64,000 bases of DNA from Antedon mediterranea (Eukaryota; Animalia; Echinodermata): positions 11,616,101-11,680,100 of the forward strand of contig NC_092677.1 of the NCBI RefSeq assembly GCF_964355755.1. The letters are read 5' to 3'. A model generated the notes under the pieces. That model saw nothing but the letters and a program-made list of their open reading frames with translations, was not told where the DNA came from and did no database searches. The first letter of the stretch is position 1; each line of letters starts with the position of its first letter. Shown here one piece after another: positions 1 to 13,055 of the stretch. The position numbers and the translations under genes were made by a program.

Positions 1-2071
1 ATAATATTGGTATGACTCAAATGTTTATTTTTAATTAGGCCTATCAGGTTTAAATTTCACCGCGCATTATCAACAAAATTATAATTTTGTGTTTACTAAG
101 ACGGTGTGTATCCATGAGGTATCTGAACGGAATCTAAGACTGATGGGTAGTGTTGTTACGAAAGGTTTCCCTAGGGCTAATGTGAAGAATTAGGCTACCC
201 AAGTCATGGATTGAATGGAAGGAGGTTATCAGTCACTAAACTAAACGGTTCACGTAAAAATATCGACTCTACTGCCGAAAAGTTTTAAATAATTATACAG
301 TAGGCCTAGGCATACCTTTTTCTATTTCATGCTACGCAGATGAGTTTAAAACTAATTTGATAATTATTTCATATTGACAAACGAACACTGCTGGTTAAAT
401 ATTGCCTTGTAGGCTTTCGTTTTTGATTGTTTTCATTAGATTGATTATGTACAGTAATTAATTAGTTTTTTTATGATCACTGCATTCCTCCGCATACAAT
501 TTGTCTGCAGAATTCTTGAATTGATATACGATTGATTTCTCTATCTAACGATTCCCAGTCAAAACAAAAGGTAGGCAGGCCTAATCTAGCGGCAATTGTA
601 ATTACTACTGAAATGCGCAAGAGTGAAGAAATGTCGTTCAAATGAATCTTGATGTGCAGTCCATTACTTAACATTAGACGTACCAAGGCAAAACAACTGC
701 CGCTCTTCGCCTTTTGTAAAAAGAAAACAATGTTGGCACACATCAAAATCCCCGCTAGTTGGAGCTAGTTAGGGAATAATAACAACGCATTAGAGATCTT
801 AAATATAAGAGACACTAAAATAGACCATTATATACTATTGGCATTAGAACACTGGGGCTTTTGCTGTTAATGTATTTCAGACATATTTCCATGGATTGCC
901 ATACGCGAATTTACCCACTGTCCACAGGCACACATAAATGCAAGATGCTCTTACATTAATTAACACAAATCTATTGGAGGGAGTGTTTTTTTTATGATAA
1001 AAAAATCCTGCCATCTGACGGGATTTGAACACATGATAACAAGATCGGTAGCCGAGCCTCTTATCATCAAAATACAACTCACTCTACTAATTGAAGGCTT
1101 GTTTGTAATTGGTTTCAATATTATATTACTGCAGCATCATAAATTCATTTATTTCATGTCAACACTTGCAAAGACATTCATTACTGTTCTGCAATGTAGT
1201 GATGTCTGCAATAACTGTAAACTATTACTTACCGTTGTTTACAGATCCTCTGGAGAATTGTCTTTAATAACTTGTACTGCTTTCTGTAAATGACAGGATA
1301 ATTTGATAAGTTGAATTGTGATGGCGCTAGTTACAACTGAGCATAGCATACCAATCCACCGGTAGAGCAATGGACGACGGGAACACACCCCACCGTATAC
1401 ATATTAATTAGTCCTAATCATGTATCATATTTCAACCTAAAACCACATTCTGATCATTACATTTTTGTATAATAAGTAGTACAGTTTTTTTTAACAATGT
1501 ACATACATTTAAATATATAGTGGGATCCGATACTGACAATTCTAGAGGGCAGCAGACTGAAATAGATACAAATCTATGTTTTTTAAAAAAACGATTACAG
1601 CGTATAATTGCCTAAACAAATGACATTACCGGTAAGAAAAAATTATCAGCTTTTGGATTTGAGTAAGGAGTTCAAAAACTTACAAACTGTGTTGAAAGAT
1701 AGATAGAAATAAGTTGAAATGTCAAATAGTTAAAGAGAGCAGCAGACAATTTTTATTTAATTATCTGCTGCCCTCTATAACTATTTGCCATTTACACTGA
1801 TCTCAGAATGATTTCTATTTAAAAAATAAATGGAATGTTATTAGTTAATTAAGATATGTCAATGAGGTAAAAAACCCAAGTAAAAGACATTTTTATTATT
1901 TTCTGATAAATGACAACATTGTCCACTAGCTTTTACCAACACTAGTGTAGCCCTCTCGCGATTTTATTTTTCGTACATAAGTTGAGGACCCCCTTCTGTG
2001 AAAGATAGCCAAACTACTTCTATAAACCTAACCCTCTAAATAATCTGTCTCATTATAAAGTAAAAAGAAGT

Positions 2072-2142
2072 TGGTCATGGGATTTGAACCCCATACATCG
2101 ACAAGTAAAGTCCATAATCTAATCCACTCGACTACACAGACC
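2072..2142 (-). mobile_element. Degenerate tRNA-derived segment inside a probable non-autonomous element (~1940-2215)
   Basis: Minus strand TGTAGTCGAGTGGATTAG...GGGTTCAAATCCC (A/B box-like). Confidence 0.5.
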
Positions 2143-3481
2143 TCTCGACGGAAATCGTTTTCATTAGCGAATTGTAGTTAGCTCAATTCTTACGTCACAC
2201 CTTATAGATATGACTAATGAATATTCATGTTTATTTTGTGACCTTTCATGAGGGGTCCCAACTTATGTACGAAAAGAATTATCGCCTCCTGGACTGCATA
2301 CCCATTATTCAGTTGATTACTGTATTCATCTGTGATAGATACTCTACTATACCTTATTATTTTATATTTATTTGTTATTTCGATAGTCTGGTTCTTGCAG
2401 GCCTATTGATTTCGAGCATTCATAGACATTCTGTGCAGTTGTTGCACTGCGCACCGCCCTTGTGACAATATCAATCTTTGGATTGACATTTTACGTTTCT
2501 CATTAAACGTTTTAAAGAGTATTAGTAGGTCTGTTGTCGGCAATAGATTATTGTTTTCATTATTGGTACTGGTAAGAACACCACGGCACGGAAGAACTTA
2601 TTTCTCCTCGGACGACGAATAGAACTGTTAAAAAAACTGTTTACTGTTAAACCTTTTCCATGTGTTTTTTTTCACATTTAACATTGAAAACATCTCGCCG
2701 TGGAAAATCTTATCTTTTTCAATAAGTGTAATTCCTAATAGGCCTACTTCACCATCTTCGTCTAGTGTGTATCGTTGATCTGGTGCTTCCAGCAATCTGG
2801 CTGTGGGTAAGTGTATGGAATTGTATACCTGGCATTAGGAGCGGGAAGAGTCAACGAGATCAATTTACCCCTAATATATTAATTATACGAGGTCAATAAT
2901 ACATTTTTGACTTGATGAGATTAACGTAATAGCAATTGGCCTATGATAGATCACTTTCGAACACCAAATTTTACTTCTCTTTTTATTGATTTAGGCCTAT
3001 GTGATTCAATTATATGTACACTTTGTCGACGATCTTGGTATTATTTTAGATAGCTCACTTAACTTAAAAAGTGCAATAAACTCATGCTTGGCGCAATAGT
3101 AAATATCTTGATAATTCTTCCAAGGTTCACCTTTTTCCAACAAAATGTAGACTTTTGTTCTGTCATTTACAATTCAATCTCTAAGCCTCACGTATCGACC
3201 GACACCAGTATGTTGCGCCACATCAGCCACTATCAGCGGGTTGGGGTTATGGAGGGGTAATGGGGTATCAAAATGATCGCAATTGTACCCGTGGGAAGAT
3301 TTTAAATTACATTTTAGAACCACTTTGGATGGGGAGGAGAGTTTGGTGATTTTCCCGCTCTGGATCGGGTATGTAGTTGTCATTTCGTATATATGCAACC
3401 ATACATTTATTGCCTGAATCTGACTTAATGATTTCAGACGATACTTTATCACAACTTTATACAATACCTACTTTCTTATGT

Positions 3482-6436
3482 ATGTTTACTTACTTGTTTA
3501 CTTGTTTACTTGTTTCCGGAGCTCAGCAATGCTGGGTCCGGAGTCGAGGCTAGGCTATGCCTATAAGCCCCTCTTGATAATTACATCAACTCTTGAATAT
3601 GGCGCAAATTTAAGAGGGTGGTTGGACCATGCCCGTTCAAGACCGGACTTAAATTGATTGGTTGATCTTGAAGCTACTACATCCTCCGATAACGAATTCC
3701 ATAATATAATAGCTTTTCGACCAAATGAGTCCCTCATCCAATTTGTGCGTGAGAACTTAAATTTTAATTTAAAAGAATGACCACGTGTTCTAACATCTTC
3801 ATCACGCTCAAAAAAAGAATCAGCAGAAATACTATCCACTCCATGTAAAATTTTAAAAATCTGTATCAAATGAGCTCTTTGCCTTCTGTATGCGCGCGAG
3901 AGTAGATAGGTTGAGAATTTTCAGCCTTTCTGAATAAGGTAAATGACGAATGGAAAAAATAAGCTTGGTGGCACGTTCTTGGACTTTTTCCAATAGGTCT
4001 TCCTCCTTACAATGTAGCGAGTTAAAAACAACGTTGCAGTATTCCAAGGTCGGACGAATAATAGCTTTATATAAACGAAGAAACCCATCCATATTTAAAA
4101 ACTTGAAAGCTCGATATACCATGCCCAACTTCCGATTTGCTCTCATTGCTACATCTGCCACATGTACATTAAAAACAAGTTTAGAGTCAATAGTAACACC
4201 GAGGTCTTTTTCATGATCAACTTCATTCAATAAGAAACCACGCATGGCATACAGATGTTTGTTGTTTTTCTTCCCAAAGTGCATTACTTTGCACTTACCC
4301 TCGTTAAAAGGTAATTGCCATTTGTCAGACCAGTCACATGCTTTCTCTAAATCTTCTTGTAGAACTTGAGCATCATTCACAGTGTTAACTACTCTATACA
4401 ATTTAGTATCATCTGCAAACATGCGTACAGAGGAAGAAATAACAGAAGGTAAATCATTTATAAACATAATGAAAAGAACAGGTCCAACGACGCTTCCTTG
4501 CGGGATACCACTACGAACATCAGCCCAATCTGAAACACATCCATTGACACTAACCCGTTGTTGTCTATCGTTAAGAAATTCTTGAAACCATTTTAGAAGT
4601 TTACCTCTAATACCCAATGCACTCATTTTCAGAAGGAGTCTATGATGAGGCACACTATCGAAAGCCTTCTTGTAGTCAAGGTAGATACAATCAAAACAAT
4701 CCTGATTATCAAAATAAGAAAACCAGTTTTCAAGAACATCAAGTAATTGTAAAGCACAAGAACGACCTTGCCGGAAACCAAATTGCTCATAACAAATAAG
4801 TGAGTGATGTTCAAGAAAGTCCAATAATTCCTTCCTGATAATTCTCTCCATAATTTTACCAACTACCGAAGTTAAACTCACAGGTCTATAGTTGCTTGAG
4901 TCAGACTTCACTCCTTTTTTAAAAATCGGTACCACTGTAGCCCGTTTCCAACTATTAGGGACGGCTCCTTCTTGAAACAATTTCGTAAAAATAATATGGA
5001 GGGGATAGCAAATGATATCCTTTAGTTCGACTAAGATGCGTGGGTGAATACCATCAGGTCCAGCTGTTTTAGTAATATTCAACGTTGATAAAATATTTAA
5101 GATTTCGTCACAAGGAAAGTCAACTTGAGATAAAAAATCCTCTGAAATGTCATCAATAGCCGGTACATTCGAAAAATTTTCATCGACAAATACACTACTA
5201 AAAAACGTGTTTAGCAACTCAGCCTTATCCTTGTCATCAGACACATGCCTTCCATTACTATCAGTTAAGTTGGGTATACCAGACTTTATATTGATCTGAG
5301 AACTGAGATACCTCCAAAAAGACTTTTCATTAGATTTGATCTCAATTGCTATTTTATTTTCGAAGTCAGATTTACTACATCGAATCAGATCTACTGTTTG
5401 ATTTCTTACTTGGACAAACTTCGACCATTTTGCTGACACACATACTTTTTGTTTTCTCTTGGCCTTTACATACTGTTTCCAACATTTATTCTTTTTGGCA
5501 ATCTGCTTTTCAATTTTTTTGTTCATCCAAAGAGGTTTTCTTCCGTGGCAAACCTTCCTCATCGGGATACACTCATCAATATTCTTCGCAAGAATATGCT
5601 CGAATTCGTCCCACGATTGAATACCTGATTTGTCATTGAAAACCACATCCCAATCTACCAAACCAATTTTCTCGCGCAGCAAATCATAGTTACCATGCCT
5701 GTAACTTCGAATATTTGGTTCAATTCTGTCATCTCTTACAAGATCCAATGAAAATTGTAACCATATGGTCGCTTTTACCCAGTGGTGGAGACTGCATAAT
5801 GCCATTTATAGTATTCTCTTTGTCTGTAAAAACCAGATCCAAAACATTGGGTGTTTCGCCTTCTCTGTATCTAGTAGGTTCCATAACGTGTTGAATTAAA
5901 AATAGATCGTTGATGGTGTCAAAGAAACTTCTGCTGGAATCTCCATCTTCCGAAGACACACAATTTAATTCCCAGTTAATACTTTTATAGTTAAAATCGC
6001 CGACAACGATTAAGTCAGAAAAAGATGATTTATATACTTCACGGAACAATGAGTTCAGCTTGATATTATTATCCATACTACAAGTCGGGCTACGGTAAAC
6101 ACAACCTAATAAAAGATCCGTTTTTACTTCTTTTACTCTAACCCAAACTGACTCTACAAACTTATTCTTCTTAAAGAAAATTTGAGAAACTGAAATTCCA
6201 TTTCTGACATAAATTAAAACACCACGACCAGAAGTAAAATCCTCATTCGAAAAAAATGCTTGGTAACCTTGGACACGAAATTCATTTATCAGTGGCGGGT
6301 ACAAACAATGCTTTGGTAAAATCTCTGTCAATGCAATAAAATCAACTTTTTCTGAAACCAAACGGGAAAGTAACTCTGACTTCTTATTTAGAAAACCATC
6401 ACAATTTGAGTACCAAAAGTTAAATTATGATCTGAT
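3482..6436 (-). mobile_element. CR1-clade non-LTR retrotransposon ORF2 (APE endonuclease + reverse transcriptase) with 3' UTR; two frameshifts
   Basis: ORF 5729-6361 has AP-endonuclease motifs (ALTEI, GRGVLIYVR, VYRSP, VVGDFN, LDLVFT, SDH). ORF 3853-5805 has RT motifs (NYRPVSLTS, QFGFR, YLDYKKAFDSV, GIPQGSVVGP, MFADD). ORF 3561-3869 has the CR1 C-terminal RTRGHSFKL...WNSL. There is a 3' stem-loop at 3516-3541 and an (AAGTAAAC)n 8-bp tail at ~3482-3515. Frameshifts lie near 5757 and 3895. Confidence 0.95.
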
Positions 6437-8315
6437 CATAAACAGACTATATACGTACACTACAATGTTCCTACAGTTCACTGGTCAAACTAATACAATA
6501 CAAATCTACAGTATCTTTTAAGATAATTGTTTCACACATACATACACATAGACAAAACCATACTAAAATATTCACTAGAAGTGGGAATTGAAAAATTATT
6601 CGCCTTCTTTGAACCAATGGGGGCCAAAATGCAATCTGAAAAATCCCAAATTTTTAACACAGGCTGCGTTTTAAAACTGCATTTTAAATCCACCCTGGAG
6701 GATATTTTTGCTTATAACTTAAATCCCAGTTGTATAGTATGACGTAATAAACTGTTTATTATTCATGAGAGTGTTGTTCAGCCTAGCGTGACATTATTTT
6801 AAAATGAGGCAAATGTGACCGAGGAAGAAGAGATTACCATATTTAAGTGTTGCACAGTCGAAGCGCCATGTTCAATTACTTCAAACACAATGTGGCCTAT
6901 ACCCACAGTTTGCATTAACAATTAAAAATCATAACATCCTTCTGATATACAATAAACAAAACATTAATTATTGACATACCTTGACCACCTGCAATTCTTT
7001 CCTCAGGATCGCTCTAACAAGAACGTACAACAGTAATTCCGCATTGCTCCCCTTCCTCTGGCCCACCACCAGGCTGCAGCCCGTCACGAAATTTTATCTT
7101 CATTTTATTCATCCGCGCTGATCTGCATTTCTTAAATAATCCTCTTATAAATCTGTCATTGCCATTCAATTTCCTAACCTAAACTATTTGTTTAAAATTA
7201 CGTTAAAATAAATTACTATTTATATAAAATCAACAAATAGACTCAAAAACAAGAAAATCATTGAATATGAACTTACTGTACGCACTACTTTATCATAGTT
7301 TGTAGTAAGACTGTAAGTATGAGAAAAAGGATTATACCATTATTGGCTTAGGGAGACACATTATGTTGTAGTAGAAAACTGTCACGTTATAAATAAATAC
7401 TTGAAGCCTAATACTTATTTTTAGAGAAGGAGAGCCTCTATCAAGTGTTTCTGACATTGTGGACATCACCATTTTCGACAAAAATAATCAGTCGATAAGC
7501 ACTGAAAGCGAGATTGTGTTTACTAACATTACGGTAACAAATCGATTTTACTGTTCATCTTTTGATATATAAAGCTCTGTCTACACTCTCAAACTGTATG
7601 TGAGAACAACATGTGATTTTGTTTTATATAGACATGATGATGTCATATCACTACCATGTTTGAGGATACCACACTATTTTTGTCAAACTAATTTGATAGT
7701 GTACGCAGAGCTTAAGTAATTCTTAGCATCACATTTTAAAAGAATTAAATTACACAGCTACAGACGAACAGACATGACATATTGGCCTTATTTTTTTATT
7801 CTTATTTTGTTACATCTTAAAATAGTTTAGTACAGGTCTATCCCATATCGACATTTTAAATGTCAGTCTTCTTCTTTTTCATCGTAGAGTTTAAGTGTTT
7901 CTAAGTACGTATTTGTCTTGTGTTTTTGTTAACCATGCTGTAACTGCCGAATTTGTTTCTGCTGTTGTTTGTTTAAAAAAATAAAGAAATAGAAATATTG
8001 TCATTAGTATTGTGATCCTCATACGACAAAGTGTCCAATACTACAGTCTTCTCCTAATTATATATTTTGGCACTAAAACCGTTTACATAACATTTATTTC
8101 AAAGCTGAATTTAGCAACAGAAAATGAAACAGAAGTGATGCACTTGCCAGTGTGCCATTTTGTACATGAATACCATGAGCCGAAGGCGTAAGTAAGCATT
8201 GTTCAGATATCGTAGGTCTACAAAATCTACAAAACCAAGTCAAGTATACAACAGGTATAAGTATGGGTTCACACACACATACTGAGTTGGTGATTTGCTG
8301 CTCTCACCATATAAC

Positions 8316-8425
8316 TTGGTTCACACTTGGACGCACCGCAACCAATCACACGTCATGTAATGTCAGGTAAAATTACGCACGGTGCGATTACATCTTTGCG
8401 TTGTGTCCTAGTGGGAACCAACGCT
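8316..8425. mobile_element. MITE family with GGTTCCCACTAG-type TIRs; copies also at ~8722-8855 and ~11633-11795
   Basis: TTGGTTC(A/C)CACT...AGTGGGAACCAA ends with internal ACCAATCAC/GTGATTGG and GCAACGCAA/TTGCGTTG. Confidence 0.7.
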
Positions 8426-11400
8426 TTCTGTATTGTAACATTGTTATGTAATCATGTATTGTATGTTGATCTTGACCGAATAAATGAATGAATGAAATGA
8501 ATGAATTAAGATTGTTGGCTGCGTACATACATTGTTGTTATTCTATTTTAGGTTATGGTCAGCGGAAGGCTGTTTAACGTTATACGAGAACGACGATCAC
8601 ACCATTAATGACGTGACATGTAAATGCAATCATCTGACGTCATTTGTGATACTCATGAAGCCGAATTATGTGAGAATAAATACTAATACAGTACTACCGT
8701 ACGTTGTCACGTTCCAGTGTATGGTTCCCACTAGAGAAGTGGCGCAACGCAATACGTAAGCGCAACCAATCACAATGCAACAACTTTCGCTTGTGATTGG
8801 TCAATTCCGAGCGTTGTGTCTACGTCGTCCTTGCGCTGCGTCCCTGTGCGAACCAAAATTAACTTAGAACATGACAACTTGGTATTATAAATAGGCCGAC
8901 TAAATTGATCCATGAATCCATTGTAATTTTAAAATCGATTAAAATAAAAATTCCAACAATAAACACAAAATTCACTCAGCTTTATAGTGCCATAGAAACA
9001 TTAAAAATCCAATTTAAGAGAAAAAAAATGAAAACTAATTAAGTATATTATTAAAGAAAAAGTAAAAATAGAAACAATTACAAAGTAATAATAAAAGAAA
9101 TGGAAATAATCGGTATTACTTTTTTTTATTAAATTGGCTGTCAAAATTGTCTTTAAATACTGTGGATTTAGCTTTGCGTGAGTTGAGTAATTGGTAAGAT
9201 GTTGATGCCCTATTATTTTCTCAGATGGGACTAGAATCCATGACCTCCAGATCACTACCCTGGAAGTCCCATCCGAGGTGTTCTACTGAATTTCATATAC
9301 TATTTCTGTTTTATTTGGTTATTTAGAAAACCAACGAGGAGCGAGTTCTATCTGTTCTCACAAACTTCGCTCTAGGAATATCCAGTTTTTTCCTGATCGT
9401 TACCCTTATAACAATAACCATTATCAAGTAAGTTAGCTTTAAGTGATAGTTTATAATAAATCTCTTGTGATTAGTAAAGATACATGCGTTTCGTCCTATA
9501 CTAATAGGAACCAAGCTTTATTTCATCTATAACAGTTGACGATTTTTTGCACGTTTTCGAAAGTAGATACACTTCGCTATCATGTCTACATCTATAGGTG
9601 ACAATAAACAGCATACAGTATTGCGTCTTTTGACTAAAAACGTCGCTCCACATGGACTACTGCATGCTCTCTCATCGCTAGACATTATACTGCACCGCTA
9701 ATCTGTTACCTTCTTATAATGTTACATAAAACCCGTTATATGTATGTTTATTGATAAAGTATAATCATATCTTAAAAGAGGTGTCAACTATAACGAGAAT
9801 GTTTATAAAGCTGTCTACACTATAACTATAGTTTGACAAAAAATGTGATGTGCCCATATATGGACATGATGACGTCTCTGCCATATTTTGGTATATCACT
9901 ACCATATTTGGTAAAGGATTTGGAATATTGTATTCAGTTTCTTATAAAATAAACTTCAAACCCAAATAATTTTCTAATATTTATATTATTAGGCCTATAA
10001 TTATTAGTACATTACGGTATCTTTCAGGGAAATAAGAAAATCCGAAAGGTACAGACTATTACGGCACTTGGTAACTGCTTTACTTCTGGTGAATTTCTTC
10101 TTTTTTTTCTTAGAAATGAATGTAAGTACTGTATATACTTTCCTTTCCGAAATTTTTTTGATAAGTTCAAAGTGTTTGAATGTTATTTAACTGACCCAGA
10201 ATGGTAGCAAATTATATACAGTAATTTCTTTTTAATTTAGAGGGCCGACTATGTTTTTTTGCAATCAACGTAGGTGTTATATATAATTTTAACAGTTGTT
10301 TTTATTATAATTATGCGAGACGGGGTCTTCATTTTAATATTTAAAATCTATACACATTTATGGTGTATTGTGGTACATAACGCATTAATACTCTTACAGT
10401 AAACAAGGATATTGGAAAACATAACGATAAACAATGTTATAAGCTTTGTCTACTCTGACAAAAAAGTGTTGTAATATGCTTAAATATGGTAGTGATATGA
10501 CATCATCATGTTCATATTATATGGGCACATCACATTTTTCACAAAGTTTGATAGCATAATAGACTATAAATAAATATAACAAAGAGTGAAATTGGTTTTT
10601 TTTTGTTAGATTCGTAGTAGATTGGCATGTGAAGTCATTGCTGGCCAGTCTGCACTACAGTCTAACGGTAGTGTTCTTCTGGATGCTGATCATGTCAACA
10701 GATATCTACATAAAGATTAAACACTCATTTATGGATCATGAAAAGCGATTTGTTTACTGCCGTTACATCGGTTGGATTGCACCCGGTCTTGTTGTCTTGA
10801 TAACTGCGTGTGTGACAAGACATCACTACGCGTCGGATAAGTAAATAATTTTTTAAAATGTTGTCAGCGTAACTTCAACAGCAACATTGCTGATATTCTA
10901 AAAATCAATTTTTAAAAATGCTGTAGTTTGCAGCCTATAAACCTTAACTGCGCATAAACAAGAATATTTGGATAAAATCTTAAAGCTGAAGGTTCAAGTG
11001 TACTGGAAAATAAAATGTAATTTTAAAAAAGGGTATTTTAAATTGCAAAGTTGAATAAACAGCATAGTACATCAAACAGCTTACTTACAAATGCCTATAT
11101 CTAATTGTTATTATTTATTACTACTTTTGGACTTTTTGGGCAAAACAAAGATCTTCTTTCATAAATCAGAACAATAATAAAAACCTAAAATTAGCTTCCA
11201 CAAATAAAAAAAAATGATAAAGATTCTAGTTTAGTCGCCTCACATTTGTTTTCACTATCTTGAACTTTTCTAAAGAACTCTATCTTTTGCTGCATATCTT
11301 AATTGCATCAAGTCGTTCAAAGACTCCAACCTATATCTAATAATAATTATTAATACAATGTTGTATTGTCCTTGTACAAGTACCTCGAAGCTGTAGTTTA

Positions 11401-12413
11401 CACGATTTAATGCAGCTAATATATCATCATTCTTTATAACATTGCAGATGCTGGTTAGAGATTGAATCGGGCGCAATTTGGTCGTTCACGGCGTTTGTCT
11501 GCATTGTAATCCTGGTAAATAGTTTACAATATAGGTATTTAATGTACTATAAAATACATTTTATAAGGTGAACTTTTCCACGGTAACAAGAATAATAATA
11601 CAAAAATAAATCAAGCTTTAACTGATTGATTGTTGGTTCCCACTAGAGATGCAACGCAAGGAAGTAGATGCAACTCAATTGACTTGCCTACTAAACGACA
11701 ATTCAAAAAATCAATCGCTTGTGATTGGTTAAATCACTTGCTGTGATCTTACGCCCTTGTTCCACCCCTCCCCCTTTTTTGCTGGAAACCAAGCATAAAG
11801 CAACATAAGTTAACAGAACTGAATTATAATATTTTCTTTGTAGATCGTTCTTGTACAAATGATTATAGTTGGCTTTTTAATTTACAAGAAGACTAAACTA
11901 AACTCCCGAATCAAAACAACCATGAAACTAACAGGCTGATACGTCTGAGGTAAAATATTAGTTTATCGTTTTACTTATTACAAAATACATACAAAGCTAT
12001 ATCACTCACTGTTAGTTTTGTATATTACTTAGTTTCAACAACAATAACGTCCGCCACTTTGAAGGTATGGTCGATTAATAAAATATCGAGTTATCTTTGT
12101 TTCTTTAACATAGGGTCGAAATAAAAATAACACGCCCTCTGTCGTTATGTTGCATTTTACCAAGTATTTCGCTCAGTTTAAAATATACTATTACATTACA
12201 AGTTTTGGTCCTCTCTCCTTCATCTTTTTTTTTGTGTAATGTATTATACCATATGGACAATTGTCTGAAATAAAAGTTGAATTGAATAGAATTGAATTAT
12301 TCAGAGAAGACTGAGATATCTCACTCCTTCCTTATTCTTTTTTTACAAACAAGGTCGATAAAAAATATACAACTATAGGCCTAAAATATATATGTATATC
12401 ATACAACTGACTT

Positions 12414-12450
12414 GCACCGATGAAGGGCTAGTGTTGCCCGAAAGCTCAGC
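12414..12450 (+). ncRNA. Second copy of the same hammerhead motif, core mutated (CCGATGA)
   Basis: GCA-CCGATGA-A-GGGC-tagtgtt-GCCC-GAAA-GCTC-AGC. The following ~130 nt match 62167-62300. Confidence 0.7.
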
Positions 12451-12954
12451 TAACTTTTCTGGCTGTTTCACTTATCGTTTTGATTTAGCTTTTCGCTTTT
12501 TTTTGTATCTCCATTGAGATCCAGCCACTTATGATATCCACAGCATTGTCATTTTTTCAGTAATTTGCCTTTGGATTTATATATACAACTGAAAAACATT
12601 TTTTAAAGTTCAACGACATAGTTCAACCAGGGAAGAGTTAACTCTTCCCTGGTTCAACAACATATTTGATTACTCATATAATGGTTCCTTAATTCCAATC
12701 GAATAAAGATTCTTTAATAATCAAATAATTTGTAATTACCAGGACCACCTTAAGAGGTTTGCTGCAGCTTACTCCAGTCGTTGGACTTCCCTGGATTTTT
12801 GGCATTATTGTCATCTTTGATGATTCAGAGACAATGCAATACATATTCGTCATGTTGAATAGCATGCAGGGATTCTTAATATGGCTGTCACAGAGCTTCA
12901 ATAGCAATGAGGTGATTATCTAGCTTTTTATTGTAGACGTCTTTAGGTAGGGTG

Positions 12955-13055
12955 TCTAGAAAACTCAGATCTAGAAAACTCAGATCCCAGATATATCTGA
13001 GTTTCCAGATCTAGAAAACTTAGATATCTGACTTTTCTAGATCTAGAAAACTCAG
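12955..13055. repeat. Cluster of direct and inverted TCTAGAAAACTCAGA motifs (MITE-like remnant)
   Basis: TCTAGAAAACTCAGA(TC) repeated, with reverse copies TCTGAGTTTCCAGA and TCTGACTTTTCTAGA. Confidence 0.6.

Larger units (their letters stand above)
7425..12911 (+). pseudogene. Adhesion GPCR (GAIN/GPS + 7TM_2), apparently disrupted by two frameshifts; 5' exons and last exon not located
   Basis: GT-AG exons: 7425-7533 (SDIVDITIFD), 8105-8187 (VCHF), 8552-8669 (WSAEGC...CKCNHLTSFVILM = GPS), 9327-9427 (TM1), 10028-10121 (TM2), 10610-10840 (LHYSLTVVFFWML...GWIAPGLVV), 11448-11514 (CWL...IWSF), 11844-11949 (TM5), 12743-12911 (GLPWIFG...LNSMQGF...NE). Intron phases agree only after correcting a +1 shift near 10643-10646 and a +5 shift at 11892-11904. 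Confidence 0.85.

Noticed and set aside
2742-2806. AG...GTAAGT-bounded candidate upstream exon of the GPCR (similarly ~7241-7312)
   Set aside because: No recognisable GAIN or adhesion-domain sequence, and stops occur in the candidate frames of the second segment.
3180-3370. Possible degenerate Tc1-like transposase fragment or GPCR exon
   Set aside because: All + frames contain stops and the resemblance (GVM..G) is too weak to call.
3950-5639. Short + strand and alternate-frame ORFs over the LINE
   Set aside because: They are shadow ORFs of the RT coding region.
6980-7165. Possible end of CR1 ORF1 on the - strand
   Set aside because: It is a short basic/Gly-rich frame with no diagnostic motif, and no TSD was found to extend the element.
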